Origin: Candidatus Nitrosotalea bavarica
GTDB taxonomy: Archaea > Thermoproteota > Nitrososphaeria > Nitrososphaerales > Nitrosopumilaceae
NCBI RefSeq assembly: GCF_900167955.1
Contig: NZ_FUYK01000004.1
Span: 35,975-67,974, forward strand
Reading direction: 5' to 3'
DNA length: 32,000 nt
The position numbers and the translations under genes were made by a program. The notes beneath the pieces were generated by a model. The model was not told the DNA's origin and did not search any database. It saw only the letters and a program-made list of their open reading frames with translations. Within the stretch, counting starts at the first letter, position 1, and each line of letters opens with the position of its first letter. Below are positions 9,054 through 18,846 of this stretch, in pieces.

Positions 9054-10577
9054 TTATTGAGGTTCTATAGTAGCAGGTGGTTTACTTGAAATTACATAGC
9101 TTACCCAAGCCACATCTTCAACCTCGTTTGTAATTCTATTACTAATTCTTTCAAGTATATCTGAAGGTAATCTTGTCCAATCTGCAGTCATTGCATCAAT
9201 AGAATCTACTACTCTGACAAGAACGACATGACCGTATTTTCTTTCATCTCCAACTACTCCTACTGCTCTATCATCCCCTACTGCTGCATAAGCTTGCCAA
9301 ACTTTATCATACCATGCCGAAGACGCAAGTTCGTCTTCGACAATTTTACTTGCATGTTTGCAGATCTGTAATTTTTCTGGAGTCAATTCACCCATTACTC
9401 TTACAGCAAGGCCAGGTCCTGGAAATGGATGACGATTAAGAAGTTTATCTGATACTCCTAAAATTTTGCCAACTTTTCTTACCTCATCCTTGTAAAGGAA
9501 TCTCAGAGGCTCCAAGACTTGTAAGTTTAACCATGGTGGTAATCCTCCTACATTGTGGTGAGTCTTAATTACTGCTGCTGGGCCCTTGGAAATTCCACTT
9601 TCAATGACATCTGGATATAGTGTACCTTGTGCTAACCATTTGAAAGGACCGTTCTTTTCGGCAAACTCTGTAAATACCTTGACAAATTCTTCTCCTACAA
9701 TCATTCGTTTCTGTTCAGGATCAGTTACTCCTTTGAATCTAGAAAGAAATCGCTGTTTTGCGTTTATTACTGTAAAATTCATACCAAAATTATTTTCAAA
9801 CATGTTTTCTACTTCTACTTCTTCATCTAGTCGCAAAAGACCATTATCTACAAAAACACACTTGAGTCTATTTCCTATAGCTTTTTGAATTAATAATGCT
9901 GCTACTGTAGAATCAATACCTCCACTTATCCCACATAATACATTACCATCAATTTTTGAAATTTCTGCAACTGTTGTTTCTATGAAATTCTCCAAAGTCC
10001 AATCTTGTTTTGCTTTGCATATGTTTACAACAAAATTCTTCAGCACTTGAACTCCTTTTTCAGTATGTACTACTTCTGGATGAAATTGAATACCGTATAC
10101 CATCTTTTGTTTATTCGCAATTGCTGCTGCAAAAGAATTTTCTGTATGTCCTATTACCTCAAATCCTTCTGGAAGACTTTCAGCAGCATCGCCATGGCTC
10201 ATCCAAGCTCTTGTTGATTGACCAATTCCCGAAAGTAGATCTGAATCATTATCTATGCTAAGTAATGATGAACCATACTCCTTGTGAGAACGCTTAACCT
10301 TGCCACCAAATTTGTTAACAATTAATTGATGACCATAACATATTCCAAGTACTGGAAGTCCTATCTCAAATATTCCATTTGATGGTTGTGGCGAATCCTT
10401 GTTGTATACACTTGCGGGTCCTCCACTGAATACAATCCCTTTTGGATTCATCTTTCTTAGTTCTTCAGGTGATATGTTGTATGGAACAAGTTCAGAATAT
10501 ACTGAAAATTCTCTAATTCTTCTACAAATAAGATGACTATACTGCGAACCAAAATCTAATACTATTATTTTATCCAT
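9054..10577 (-). CDS. guaA: GMP synthase (glutamine-hydrolysing); GATase and ATP-pyrophosphatase domains fused
   Basis: 507 aa. N-terminal class I amidotransferase (GICYGHQ, HPEV) and a PP-loop SGGIDSTV. The C-terminal dimerisation region ends ...KPPATIEPQ. Confidence 0.96.
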   Translation of the reverse strand: MDKIIVLDFGSQYSHLICRRIREFSVYSELVPYNISPEELRKMNPKGIVFSGGPASVYNKDSPQPSNGIFEIGLPVLGICYGHQLIVNKFGGKVKRSHKEYGSSLLSIDNDSDLLSGIGQSTRAWMSHGDAAESLPEGFEVIGHTENSFAAAIANKQKMVYGIQFHPEVVHTEKGVQVLKNFVVNICKAKQDWTLENFIETTVAEISKIDGNVLCGISGGIDSTVAALLIQKAIGNRLKCVFVDNGLLRLDEEVEVENMFENNFGMNFTVINAKQRFLSRFKGVTDPEQKRMIVGEEFVKVFTEFAEKNGPFKWLAQGTLYPDVIESGISKGPAAVIKTHHNVGGLPPWLNLQVLEPLRFLYKDEVRKVGKILGVSDKLLNRHPFPGPGLAVRVMGELTPEKLQICKHASKIVEDELASSAWYDKVWQAYAAVGDDRAVGVVGDERKYGHVVLVRVVDSIDAMTADWTRLPSDILERISNRITNEVEDVAWVSYVISSKPPATIEPQ

Positions 10578-10581
10578 GATA

Positions 10582-11139
10582 TCACTTTTGAGAATTTTCT
10601 ATCATTCTGGAAAATGACCATGTTACCGTATTTATTATCTCGGTTACTCTTTCCTTTTGACGATAATTCTTGATGAGAATTTCTTTAATTCTATTTCCAT
10701 CTTTATTTACTAAACATGATATTGCAGCATTTTGGGGAATCTTGCCATTTTGGACATCTAATCTATCTTGACTTTCCATTCCTCCTACTATTCTTCCAAG
10801 AAAAAATGACTTGAACGGATGTGTTTCTACATCTAACATGATATTTTCTAATGGAATGATTACTAGTTCATCGGGAGTTACATGCGCATTCGCCAAAATC
10901 TTACTGTCTGGTGTTTTGATCGGTATTACAGAAGATGTTTGTTGATTTGATTGAATATTCTGTTTATTAGATGATGCAAGAGAAGATGCTTTGCTAAAAC
11001 TTGATTGCTTTACAAGGGAATCGAGAATACGAAGATTCTGTTGAAATCTGTCTATCTCTCTTTCTCTTTTTTCAATTTCTTCAGAGATCCATTCTCTTAA
11101 TTCTAAAATATCACGTATATTTTCCTCTGAATAATCCAT
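10582..11139 (-). CDS. Hypothetical protein: N-terminal coiled coil, Ser/Gln-rich linker, about 100-aa C-terminal globular domain
   Basis: 185-aa ORF whose stop lies 4 nt from the guaA start on the same strand. Charged heptad-like N-terminus (EEIEKREREIDRFQQNLRILD). I recognise no family. Confidence 0.6.
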   Translation of the reverse strand: MDYSEENIRDILELREWISEEIEKREREIDRFQQNLRILDSLVKQSSFSKASSLASSNKQNIQSNQQTSSVIPIKTPDSKILANAHVTPDELVIIPLENIMLDVETHPFKSFFLGRIVGGMESQDRLDVQNGKIPQNAAISCLVNKDGNRIKEILIKNYRQKERVTEIINTVTWSFSRMIENSQK

Positions 11140-11185
11140 GTTTTTTCTATTGTTGAATGGATAATAAATATTAAAACAAGCTATG

Positions 11186-11923
11186 TTATCTGACCAACCT
11201 TTGAAGGTCTTCTAATTTTATATTTTTGAATCCTATTATTGATTGGGATGTAGTATAAAGATCCGAATTACTTTTTTGGGCTAACCACTCTAAGAGTGAT
11301 TTTCCTTTCTTTAACTTTTTTAGTTTTAAAGATTTGTTATATGTTTCTACCTTAGAATATTTTCCTATGTGGATTCCAAAATCCATTCCAATTAGAATGA
11401 TTTTCGATGCTCCAAAGTGATTGGCAAGAAATACACATCTATCACCATCTGTGAATCCACCAAAGTTCCTAATTTTTCCAAATGGTTTGTCCTCTGTCGT
11501 TCCTATACAATATCTGAATGAAATTGCATGTGGAAGTTTGTTAATGTTGTCTCCATGTGCATGTACAATCATTACTGATTTGAGATCTGACGCTTTTTTG
11601 AGATATTCCATATTTCCATCAAGATCAGTTACTACAATATCTGGTCTTATTTTGTTTTCAATCAAAGCCTGTGTAACACCATCAGCTACAATCTTTGTAA
11701 AATTTTTAAATTTTTTTATGTAAGGTAAAGAAATACCGAGAGATGGTCCTGCTCCGATAATAAAAACAGTTTTGTTTTTAATTTTTTTTTCTAGTCTGCT
11801 TAACCCAAGTCTTGTCTTTAGAAGTGAATTGAGGATATTGGCTGATCTTATCTCTTTTGATCTATCATAATCAAATTCGTTTAAAATTTTTTGATATTTT
11901 TTCTCCCAACCATTCAAAGTCAT
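11186..11923 (-). CDS. mptE: 6-hydroxymethyl-7,8-dihydropterin pyrophosphokinase, archaeal MptE-like (DUF115 family)
   Basis: 245 aa with IIGAGPSL, VVTDLDG and VHAHGDN motifs characteristic of MptE-like kinases. Divergently paired with dihydropteroate synthase. Confidence 0.72.
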   Translation of the reverse strand: MTLNGWEKKYQKILNEFDYDRSKEIRSANILNSLLKTRLGLSRLEKKIKNKTVFIIGAGPSLGISLPYIKKFKNFTKIVADGVTQALIENKIRPDIVVTDLDGNMEYLKKASDLKSVMIVHAHGDNINKLPHAISFRYCIGTTEDKPFGKIRNFGGFTDGDRCVFLANHFGASKIILIGMDFGIHIGKYSKVETYNKSLKLKKLKKGKSLLEWLAQKSNSDLYTTSQSIIGFKNIKLEDLQRLVR

Positions 11924-11959
11924 GTAAGTCTAAATGTATCCAGGTTAATCATAAACTAT

Positions 11960-12826
11960 ATGCATGAACTCGCAGGAGTAAAAATAGGTGGTTCTAATCC
12001 ATTACGGATAATGGGAATTATAAATACAAGTCCAGAATCATTTTACAAAAAATCAGTATTTACTGACAAGCCAACTATAAGCAAGGTTTCAAAATTAATG
12101 GAAGAAGATGGCGCTGATTTTATTGATGTTGGAGGAATGTCTACTGCGCCATATGTGAAAACTCTGGTGTCGGAGGAACAAGAAATCAAAAGAATTACCA
12201 GTGCCATAGGCTCTATCCAAAAAGTCTCAAAGTTACCTATCTCTATAGACACATGTAGAGCAAAGGTAGCAAAGGCTGCACTTCAATTAGGAGCAGAAAT
12301 AATCAATGATGTTTCAGGCCTAAAATATGATAAAAATATGGTTGATGTACTTGAGGAATATCGCCCATCTGTAATTGTTTGTGCATTTAGCAATGATCTC
12401 ATAAAAGGAAATCTAGTCACACAAACAAGAAAATTGATTAATCAAAGTGTTACAATGGCATTAAAATCAGGAGTTCCAAAGAACAAGATCATAGTAGATC
12501 CTGCAATTGGTTTCTTTAGACAAAAGGCACAAGGCATATTGTTTACAAAAATAAATTCTGATTGGCTACAAAGAGACATCTCGGTACTGAAAAACTTGAA
12601 TAAAATAAAAGATCGATACCCCATTCTCATTTCAATTTCACGAAAGTCATTCATAGGAAAAATATTGGATGAACCAGATCCTACAGATCGAATCTATGGC
12701 TCTCTTGCAGCAGAAACTTTTGCTGCTCTAAACGGTGCTGATATACTACGAACACATAATGTAAAAGCTACAAGCGATGTAATCAAGATCGTAAATAGTT
12801 TAAAAAATCTCAAGAAAGGCTTATAA
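11960..12826 (+). CDS. folP: Dihydropteroate synthase-type pterin-binding enzyme
   Basis: IMGIINTSPESFY, DVGGMSTAPY, ISIDT, INDVSG, DPAIGF, SRKSFIG and LRTHNV follow the order of DHPS signature blocks. Start set at ATG 11960 (MHELAGV...). The tracked TTG at 11891 would overlap the mptE N-terminus. Confidence 0.85.
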   Translation: MHELAGVKIGGSNPLRIMGIINTSPESFYKKSVFTDKPTISKVSKLMEEDGADFIDVGGMSTAPYVKTLVSEEQEIKRITSAIGSIQKVSKLPISIDTCRAKVAKAALQLGAEIINDVSGLKYDKNMVDVLEEYRPSVIVCAFSNDLIKGNLVTQTRKLINQSVTMALKSGVPKNKIIVDPAIGFFRQKAQGILFTKINSDWLQRDISVLKNLNKIKDRYPILISISRKSFIGKILDEPDPTDRIYGSLAAETFAALNGADILRTHNVKATSDVIKIVNSLKNLKKGL

Positions 12827-12856
12827 CAGATTTTCATTCTAACCAAGAAGGTTTCA

Positions 12857-14296
12857 TTGGAAATAAGGGAAGGACTAACATTTGATGATGTACTCCTTGT
12901 TCCTAAACGATCAGATATAGTTACTAGGTCTCAAACAAATCTGCAAACAAAACTTTCAAAAAATATTTCGCTTAACATACCTGTAATCAGTGCAAACATG
13001 GATACTGTAACTGAATCTGCCATGGCAGTGGCAATAGCGAGGGAGGGTGGAATTGGAATTATACATCGATTTCTTACTATTTCAGAACAGGTAAACGAGG
13101 TACTCAAAACAAAACGTTCAGGCAGCATAATAATAGAAAATCCATATACTATAGATCCAAAACAAACAGTACACGAAGCTATAGAATCTATGCGTGAAAA
13201 AGGAGCTTCAGGATTGCTTGTGACAGATAATCAAGGTCAACTTGTTGGAATATTGACAAGAAGAGATATTGTTATGCTCGAGACAAAAGATGAAAATAAA
13301 AAAGTCGACGAGGTTATGACAAGCGATGTTATTACAGCAAAATCTGGAATATCTATAGTTGAAGCAAAAGAAATACTTCGAAAAAACTGCATTGAAAAAT
13401 TACCGCTTTTAGATGAACGTGGGCATGTCAAAGGATTGATCACTAGTAAAGATATCATTAATGCTGGTAATTACCCACATGCATCAAAAGACAGGAAAGG
13501 AAGACCATTGGTAGGAGCTGCAGTCGGTGTAAAGGGAGATTTTATGGAAAGAACAGAAGCATTGCTAGATGCAGGTGCTGATGTCATAGTGGTGGATATT
13601 GCACATGGACATAGTGAGAACGCAATTAACACAGTTCGATTGATAAAGAAGGCTTTTCCAAATTGTGAATTAATTGCAGGAAATGTAGCTACCGCTCAAG
13701 GTACAGAGGATCTCATCAAAGCCGGTGTAGATGCAGTAAAGGTAGGAGTGGGCTCTGGTTCCATCTGTATCACTAGAGTAATCACTGGATCTGGGGTACC
13801 TCAGCTTACCGCTGTACTGGACTGTGCACAAGTTGGCAAAAAATATGATATTCCAATAATATCTGATGGTGGTGTAAGGACATCTGGTGATGCTACAAAA
13901 GCACTTGCTGCCGGAGCATCTACTGTAATGGTTGGAAGCTTATTAGGGGGAACAGATGAAAGTCCTGGTTCATTTATGACGAAAAATGGTAAACGATACA
14001 AGATTTACCGAGGTATGGCATCATTTTATGCAGCTCTTGGAAGAAAGAGCAAGGAAACCAGTAATGCTTCTATGGTAGAAGATCTTAATGATTATGTTGC
14101 AGAAGGTGTTGAGGCAATGGTTCCATACAAGGGAAGTGTAACTGATATCATAAAACAACTAACGGGAGGAATCCGTTCTGGTTTAAGTTATTGTGGCGCA
14201 AATACTATTCCTCAAATGCAACAAAATGCTGAATTTATAAAAATGTCAACAGCTGGATATGCAGAAAGTCAACCACATGATGTAGAGTTAATGTAA
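12857..14296 (+). CDS. guaB: IMP dehydrogenase with CBS-pair subdomain
   Basis: 479 aa with [19 protein letters not shown], the catalytic loop [12 protein letters not shown], and GGxxxSGD. TTG start is forced because the next Met lies far inside conserved sequence. Confidence 0.96.
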   Translation: MEIREGLTFDDVLLVPKRSDIVTRSQTNLQTKLSKNISLNIPVISANMDTVTESAMAVAIAREGGIGIIHRFLTISEQVNEVLKTKRSGSIIIENPYTIDPKQTVHEAIESMREKGASGLLVTDNQGQLVGILTRRDIVMLETKDENKKVDEVMTSDVITAKSGISIVEAKEILRKNCIEKLPLLDERGHVKGLITSKDIINAGNYPHASKDRKGRPLVGAAVGVKGDFMERTEALLDAGADVIVVDIAHGHSENAINTVRLIKKAFPNCELIAGNVATAQGTEDLIKAGVDAVKVGVGSGSICITRVITGSGVPQLTAVLDCAQVGKKYDIPIISDGGVRTSGDATKALAAGASTVMVGSLLGGTDESPGSFMTKNGKRYKIYRGMASFYAALGRKSKETSNASMVEDLNDYVAEGVEAMVPYKGSVTDIIKQLTGGIRSGLSYCGANTIPQMQQNAEFIKMSTAGYAESQPHDVELM

Positions 14297-14332
14297 TTTA
14301 CTTTAAATATAATTACAAACTAGTTTTTCTCA

Positions 14333-14797
14333 ATGCTCTCAAAAAAAAGTGTACTTGGAATTGCAATAGGTTTAGTAGGTGTTATTCTTGGAACCTTTTT
14401 TCTAATTCAAGACCTAATGAGTAATGTACATGAAGTAAATGACGTTGTAGATATGGGAAAAAGTGATATTTTTTCATTTGATGCAGAACAACATTATCAT
14501 GAATTTCTTAATGTTACAGGAAACTCATTTCATGTTACACTGAAAACCCCAAAAGATGGTTTACAAGTTGATCGTGATTTTACAAAGAACGTTTCCTTTG
14601 ATTGGTATAGTCTTTTCAATGGAAAACATTTCATAAATATAACAAATACTGGAGGCTCTATACTCTATGTAACTGGAAAATTACAAGCCGTGACAAATCC
14701 ATTGATATTCACATCTCATCTTATTGTTATATCTTCAGGAGTTCTAATAATTGGAATTAGTGCAGCGTTTTCAATTAGAAGACCCAAGGGATTCTAG
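14333..14797 (+). CDS. Hypothetical membrane protein (one TM at each end, extracytoplasmic middle)
   Basis: 154-aa ORF with hydrophobic segments VLGIAIGLVGVILGTFFLI and LIVISSGVLIIGISAAF. Clean ATG start preceded by tttaaatata. No family recognised. Confidence 0.55.
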   Translation: MLSKKSVLGIAIGLVGVILGTFFLIQDLMSNVHEVNDVVDMGKSDIFSFDAEQHYHEFLNVTGNSFHVTLKTPKDGLQVDRDFTKNVSFDWYSLFNGKHFINITNTGGSILYVTGKLQAVTNPLIFTSHLIVISSGVLIIGISAAFSIRRPKGF

Positions 14798-15609
14798 ATT
14801 AACTCTGCTCTTGGATATGAACCAAGTATCTTGAGAAATATTGTATTTGGTCGTATTTTTTCTATAGTGTCTAAAATACTGCTATCATCTTGATGACCTT
14901 CAAAATCTACGTAAAAATTGTATTCCCAAGGAGTATTCTTTGTAGGACGTGATTCGATTTTTGTTAGATTGATTTTATTTGTATTAAATTTTTCAAGAAT
15001 ATTATATAGTGCACCAGGAATGTGTTTTATTGCAAAAATTATGGATGTCTTGTCTTTAGATGTTTTTTCTTTTTTATTATTTGCCAAGACAAGAAATCGC
15101 GTATAATTATTTGGGTTATCCTCTATCCCTTCTTTTATTATTGGAACATTATAGATCTCCGCAGCTTTTCTACTAGCAATGCATGCAATGTTATCCTTGT
15201 TAAGTTCTAAGAGAATTTTTACGCTACCTGCAGTATCATAAGTTGGTATAGGCTTCAAATGATTACTTTGAATAAATTTTCTACACTGACCAAGTGCCTG
15301 TGGATGAGAATATACCGTATCAATTTTTTCCAGATTTTGTAAACCTATTAAACAATGTGATATCCTGTGATATATTTCACCTACCGCTCTGAGTTTGGTA
15401 GTAAGTAGTAAGTCATAACTTTCACCCACGCTTCCCTCAAGTGAATTTTCTACAGGAAGTATAGTGTAATCTGATCTTCCATTTTCTGTAGAATCTAGTG
15501 CTTCATAAAATGTAGGATGAGGTATTGTCTGAATTAACTCTTTGAAAAAACTTACTGCGGCTGCTTGACTATAAGCTCCAGGTTCACCTTGGAATGCCAC
15601 TTTTAACAT
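14794..15609 (-). CDS. pheA: Prephenate dehydratase with C-terminal ACT domain
   Basis: 271 aa. N-terminal VAFQGEPGAYSQ, TRF and ESRP motifs of the PDT/ACT architecture. Its stop overlaps the convergent upstream ORF stop within the palindrome CTAG (14794-14797). Confidence 0.9.
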   Translation of the reverse strand: MLKVAFQGEPGAYSQAAAVSFFKELIQTIPHPTFYEALDSTENGRSDYTILPVENSLEGSVGESYDLLLTTKLRAVGEIYHRISHCLIGLQNLEKIDTVYSHPQALGQCRKFIQSNHLKPIPTYDTAGSVKILLELNKDNIACIASRKAAEIYNVPIIKEGIEDNPNNYTRFLVLANNKKEKTSKDKTSIIFAIKHIPGALYNILEKFNTNKINLTKIESRPTKNTPWEYNFYVDFEGHQDDSSILDTIEKIRPNTIFLKILGSYPRAELI

Positions 15610-15613
15610 ATTC

Positions 15614-16168
15614 TTAGTTAGAGTTGAATTTTATAAAATCGCTGTTTCCAAACATATTTGATAATTTTCTTTCTTCAATGTAGCCACAATCTACACATTT
15701 TATACTGCTACCCATTGATACCACTTTTGCCCCACACTTGTTACATTGTGTAAATAAAACCCCTAATTCAGGTTCACTAATTATTGCATGTACAACTCCA
15801 TTTAGATGACTAATTATTTTTGCAGCTACGATATCTCCTACTCTTACAAGGATCCTTTTCTTTGCTCCTCTTGCCTGGCAAATACATTCTAGACCTGAAT
15901 GTGTAGGCTTTCCATTTATGTATAATATATTTATCGCAAACATATTATTCATTAGTGCTGATATATTGCCTGTAATCATATCATCCACTTGTGCAACTGC
16001 AGGCTTTCTCATTTCATTGATTTTAGCTATGCGATTAGTTTTATCAAATTCAGAAGTACCTATCACCAGTGATCTTATAGATTGGCCATCATCAAAGGTA
16101 TTCTCACCAGTTTCAAACTCTTCAATTATTGCAATTTTATCTCCTGGAAGGGTTGGTTTCTGGGACAA
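15614..16168 (-). CDS. csl4: Exosome complex RNA-binding subunit Csl4 (S1 domain plus C-terminal zinc ribbon)
   Basis: 184 aa. N-terminal PGDKIAIIEEFETGENT, a central S1-like region and C-terminal CNKCGAKV...CVDCG. Adjacent to dph2, as in many archaea. Confidence 0.82.
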   Translation of the reverse strand: MSQKPTLPGDKIAIIEEFETGENTFDDGQSIRSLVIGTSEFDKTNRIAKINEMRKPAVAQVDDMITGNISALMNNMFAINILYINGKPTHSGLECICQARGAKKRILVRVGDIVAAKIISHLNGVVHAIISEPELGVLFTQCNKCGAKVVSMGSSIKCVDCGYIEERKLSNMFGNSDFIKFNSN

Positions 16169-16201
16169 TGCCTTAATTTGAAATTTGATGATTATAATTG
16201 T

Positions 16202-17197
16202 TTATAGCCAGTGAGGAATTTGTAGAAAACCCTCTATGCCTTCTTTTTTTAATATTTTCAGTAATGCATTTGCCTGAGGGGTAGACAAAACTGGCTTGTG
16301 AAAATGATTATCTGTTGATATTCTTGGGCATGCAACCTGAATAAAGGCATCAATACCTTTGAGATTACGCAATTTCTCATCAGAAATTTCTGTTATGGCA
16401 AATAGTTGAACTTTCTTTCCTATACTTTCCAACTCCTTTTTGAATTTAAGAGCGGTTATTTTTGAAAACTGACCTTCTTTTAGTCCCACAATTATTCCAA
16501 ATGTTTCTGCTTCGGCAGCCTTGTAGATGGTAAGTATTGCTTTTTTCTGTAGTGTTTTTGCAAATTCTGTAATTTCTCTAATCTCATTAAAGTATGGATC
16601 AAGTATGTACGTTGGTAGATTAGTAGATAGTGCAATTCCAGCAGCATGAAAATTGCTTTGCCCCAAGAATACATTTGCCTCTACAATATTCTTAGTTTCT
16701 GTAACAGGATAAAATTCACAACCAAATACCTGACCATCATTTAACTGACCTTTACCTTTTCCAATTTTTACTGTAATACCTCCTTCTTCAAGTATTTTCT
16801 TTACCTTGTTAATTTCGTGCAAATGTTGACTATCTGTAACAAGTGAAACTGTTTTCTCTTTGATTTCATTCACACATTTTTTTGCGACATTTTCAAATGA
16901 TATGTCATCAAAAGCATCTATGAGAACTATGCTATCGCCAAAACTCATTGAATTGATAGTATGTCCTATATGAAATAGAATTTCTGCCCCTAGTACTTTT
17001 GCACCATTTGAATTAAGATCACATGTACCAAAACAGCTATCTGCCATAACATACGCTGGAATTCCAAATCTCTCCATTATTCTTGAGGCTGTTTCCTGAA
17101 TCTTTGGTATTATTCCATCTGGTCCATTTAAGGCAACTGAGACTGGTTTTCTTTTTTCTATCTCTTCAAAAATCTTTTTCTCATCTATTACTATCAA
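16202..17197 (-). CDS. dph2: Diphthamide synthesis protein Dph2 (2-(3-amino-3-carboxypropyl)histidine synthase)
   Basis: 331 aa. Overall pattern ...VALNGPDG...VMADSCFGTCD...LFHIGH...QVACPR matches archaeal radical-SAM-like Dph2. Confidence 0.85.
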   Translation of the reverse strand: MIVIDEKKIFEEIEKRKPVSVALNGPDGIIPKIQETASRIMERFGIPAYVMADSCFGTCDLNSNGAKVLGAEILFHIGHTINSMSFGDSIVLIDAFDDISFENVAKKCVNEIKEKTVSLVTDSQHLHEINKVKKILEEGGITVKIGKGKGQLNDGQVFGCEFYPVTETKNIVEANVFLGQSNFHAAGIALSTNLPTYILDPYFNEIREITEFAKTLQKKAILTIYKAAEAETFGIIVGLKEGQFSKITALKFKKELESIGKKVQLFAITEISDEKLRNLKGIDAFIQVACPRISTDNHFHKPVLSTPQANALLKILKKEGIEGFLQIPHWL

Positions 17198-17280
17198 TCA
17201 TTGTAGGAAATTGTTTTTTTAATTTAAATCAAACGAAACTGCCACAATATTTAATATCGTACATTTTGAAGACCAACTGA

Positions 17281-17511
17281 ATGCCAATTGCTTTTGTACT
17301 GATAAATGCCGAATTGGGGGCAGAAACTGATCTTTTGAACCAGCTAAAAAACATGGAGAGTGTAAAATATGTCTATGTTCTGTATGGTGCCTATGACTTG
17401 GTGGTAAAAGTGGAAGCACCAGATAATGAGATGCTAAAAAGAACCATCTCAAATAACATAAGGCAACTAAAAAATGTGCGTTCTACTCTTACTATGACTG
17501 TAATCGAATGA
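17281..17511 (+). CDS. Stand-alone Lrp/AsnC ligand-binding (RAM) domain protein with no DNA-binding domain
   Basis: 76 aa. AFVLINAELG...V...VYVLYGAYDLVVKVEA...L...I...V..T.T fits the AsnC-type RAM fold. Its stop overlaps the tiaS start (ATGA at 17508-17511). Confidence 0.75.
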   Translation: MPIAFVLINAELGAETDLLNQLKNMESVKYVYVLYGAYDLVVKVEAPDNEMLKRTISNNIRQLKNVRSTLTMTVIE

Positions 17512-18833
17512 AAGAGACCTCTATTCTTCATATTGGCTTTGATGATACGGACTCAAGAAAAGGGATGTGTACTACTTTTCTTGCCTATAAAATAGTGGAA
17601 TATCTAAAAAAAGAGAAAGTAAAGTTTCTTGATTATCCATACTTGATCCGATTTAATCCCAATGTGCCATGGAAAACTAGGGGAAATGGTGCCGTTGCAT
17701 TAAAGATTGAGACCAGAAAGCCTCAATTGATAAAAAAGAACATTGTAAAATATATCAAAAAATATTCTGCTGTAAAAGATGGTGCAAATCCAGGGCTAGT
17801 TTTTTATGAACACAAAGTTCTTCCAGAAAGTTTCGCTAAATTTGGAAAAATGGCACTAGATCATCTAGTGAGTAGAAATGAAGCAAAGAAGTTCGTGCAA
17901 GATAACAAACTTGAAACTTATCATCTTGGTAATGGTCAAGGGCTTATAGGTGCAATAGGTGCAATGGGGTATGATTTTCGAGATCATACTTTTGAATTAA
18001 TCTCGTATAGAGACAAAGTAAATTTTAGAAAAAAAAGAGAAATTTTTAAAGATAGCGTAGAAAAAATGCAACAACTAACATTTCCTAGAACGTTTAACAG
18101 CTTTGATGAGACAAAGAATAGAATCTTAATTGCACCACATGGCCCTGATCCTGTATTCTTTGGTGTGCGTGGAGAAGATCCTGATGCTGTAATCAAAGGA
18201 GCATCCCTTGTAAAATCTAAGGAAAAATTCTGTGGCTATATGGTATTTCGCTCAAATCAAGGTACAGGTGATCACTTGCAAAATGAGATTGATATTCAAA
18301 ATCTAAAACCATTTTCTTCAGGTTATCTAGTTGGAAAAATATCAGAAAAACCACATACAATTTTGGGCGGACATGTATTCTTTTCCGTATATAAAAATGG
18401 AGTTACAGTGAAATGTGCTGTGTACAAACCAACTAAACTTACTACTATTGCAGAGAAACTAATGAAAGGAGATTTGGTAAAGATTGGGGGAGGAATAAGA
18501 AAATCTTCAAAAAATCATACACAAGTTCTAAATGTAGAATTTTTCGAAATACTTGATCTCAAAAAATATGTTGTTTTAGTAAATCCTCTTTGTATGAAAT
18601 GTAAAAAACGTATGAAATCAAAGGGCAAAAATCAGGGTTATCAATGCTCTAAGTGTGGAAATACTAGCTTGACCAAAGTTGAGCAAGAGATTCCACGACA
18701 AATTAAGAAGCAATTTTACTTGCCAGTTTCTTCTGCACATAGACATTTGACACGTCCATTACAAAGGATTGGTAAATTTAACAGTAAAATTGAATTTAAT
18801 AATTCAAAAAAATGGTTTTCTAAAACAACTTAA
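17508..18833 (+). CDS. tiaS: tRNA(Ile2) 2-agmatinylcytidine synthetase TiaS
   Basis: 441 aa. N-terminal HIGFDDTDSRKGMCTTFLAY...IRFNPNVPWKTRGNGAVAL matches the TiaS kinase-like domain. C-terminal zinc ribbon CMKCKKRM...CSKCG. Confidence 0.9.
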   Translation: MKETSILHIGFDDTDSRKGMCTTFLAYKIVEYLKKEKVKFLDYPYLIRFNPNVPWKTRGNGAVALKIETRKPQLIKKNIVKYIKKYSAVKDGANPGLVFYEHKVLPESFAKFGKMALDHLVSRNEAKKFVQDNKLETYHLGNGQGLIGAIGAMGYDFRDHTFELISYRDKVNFRKKREIFKDSVEKMQQLTFPRTFNSFDETKNRILIAPHGPDPVFFGVRGEDPDAVIKGASLVKSKEKFCGYMVFRSNQGTGDHLQNEIDIQNLKPFSSGYLVGKISEKPHTILGGHVFFSVYKNGVTVKCAVYKPTKLTTIAEKLMKGDLVKIGGGIRKSSKNHTQVLNVEFFEILDLKKYVVLVNPLCMKCKKRMKSKGKNQGYQCSKCGNTSLTKVEQEIPRQIKKQFYLPVSSAHRHLTRPLQRIGKFNSKIEFNNSKKWFSKTT

Positions 18834-18846
18834 ACTATTTTGAGGA

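Noticed and set aside
11891-11959. Tracked TTG-11891 start extending the DHPS gene by 23 codons
   Set aside because: The extension (MIFFLPTIQSHVSLNVSRLIINY) overlaps the mptE N-terminal coding region on the other strand and has no DHPS similarity. ATG 11960 precedes the conserved block directly.
17219-17452. Tracked minus-strand ORF 17219-17452 (77 aa, His/Leu/Pro-rich)
   Set aside because: It is antisense to the RAM-domain gene and runs into the divergent promoter spacer. Its composition is implausible and it has no motif.
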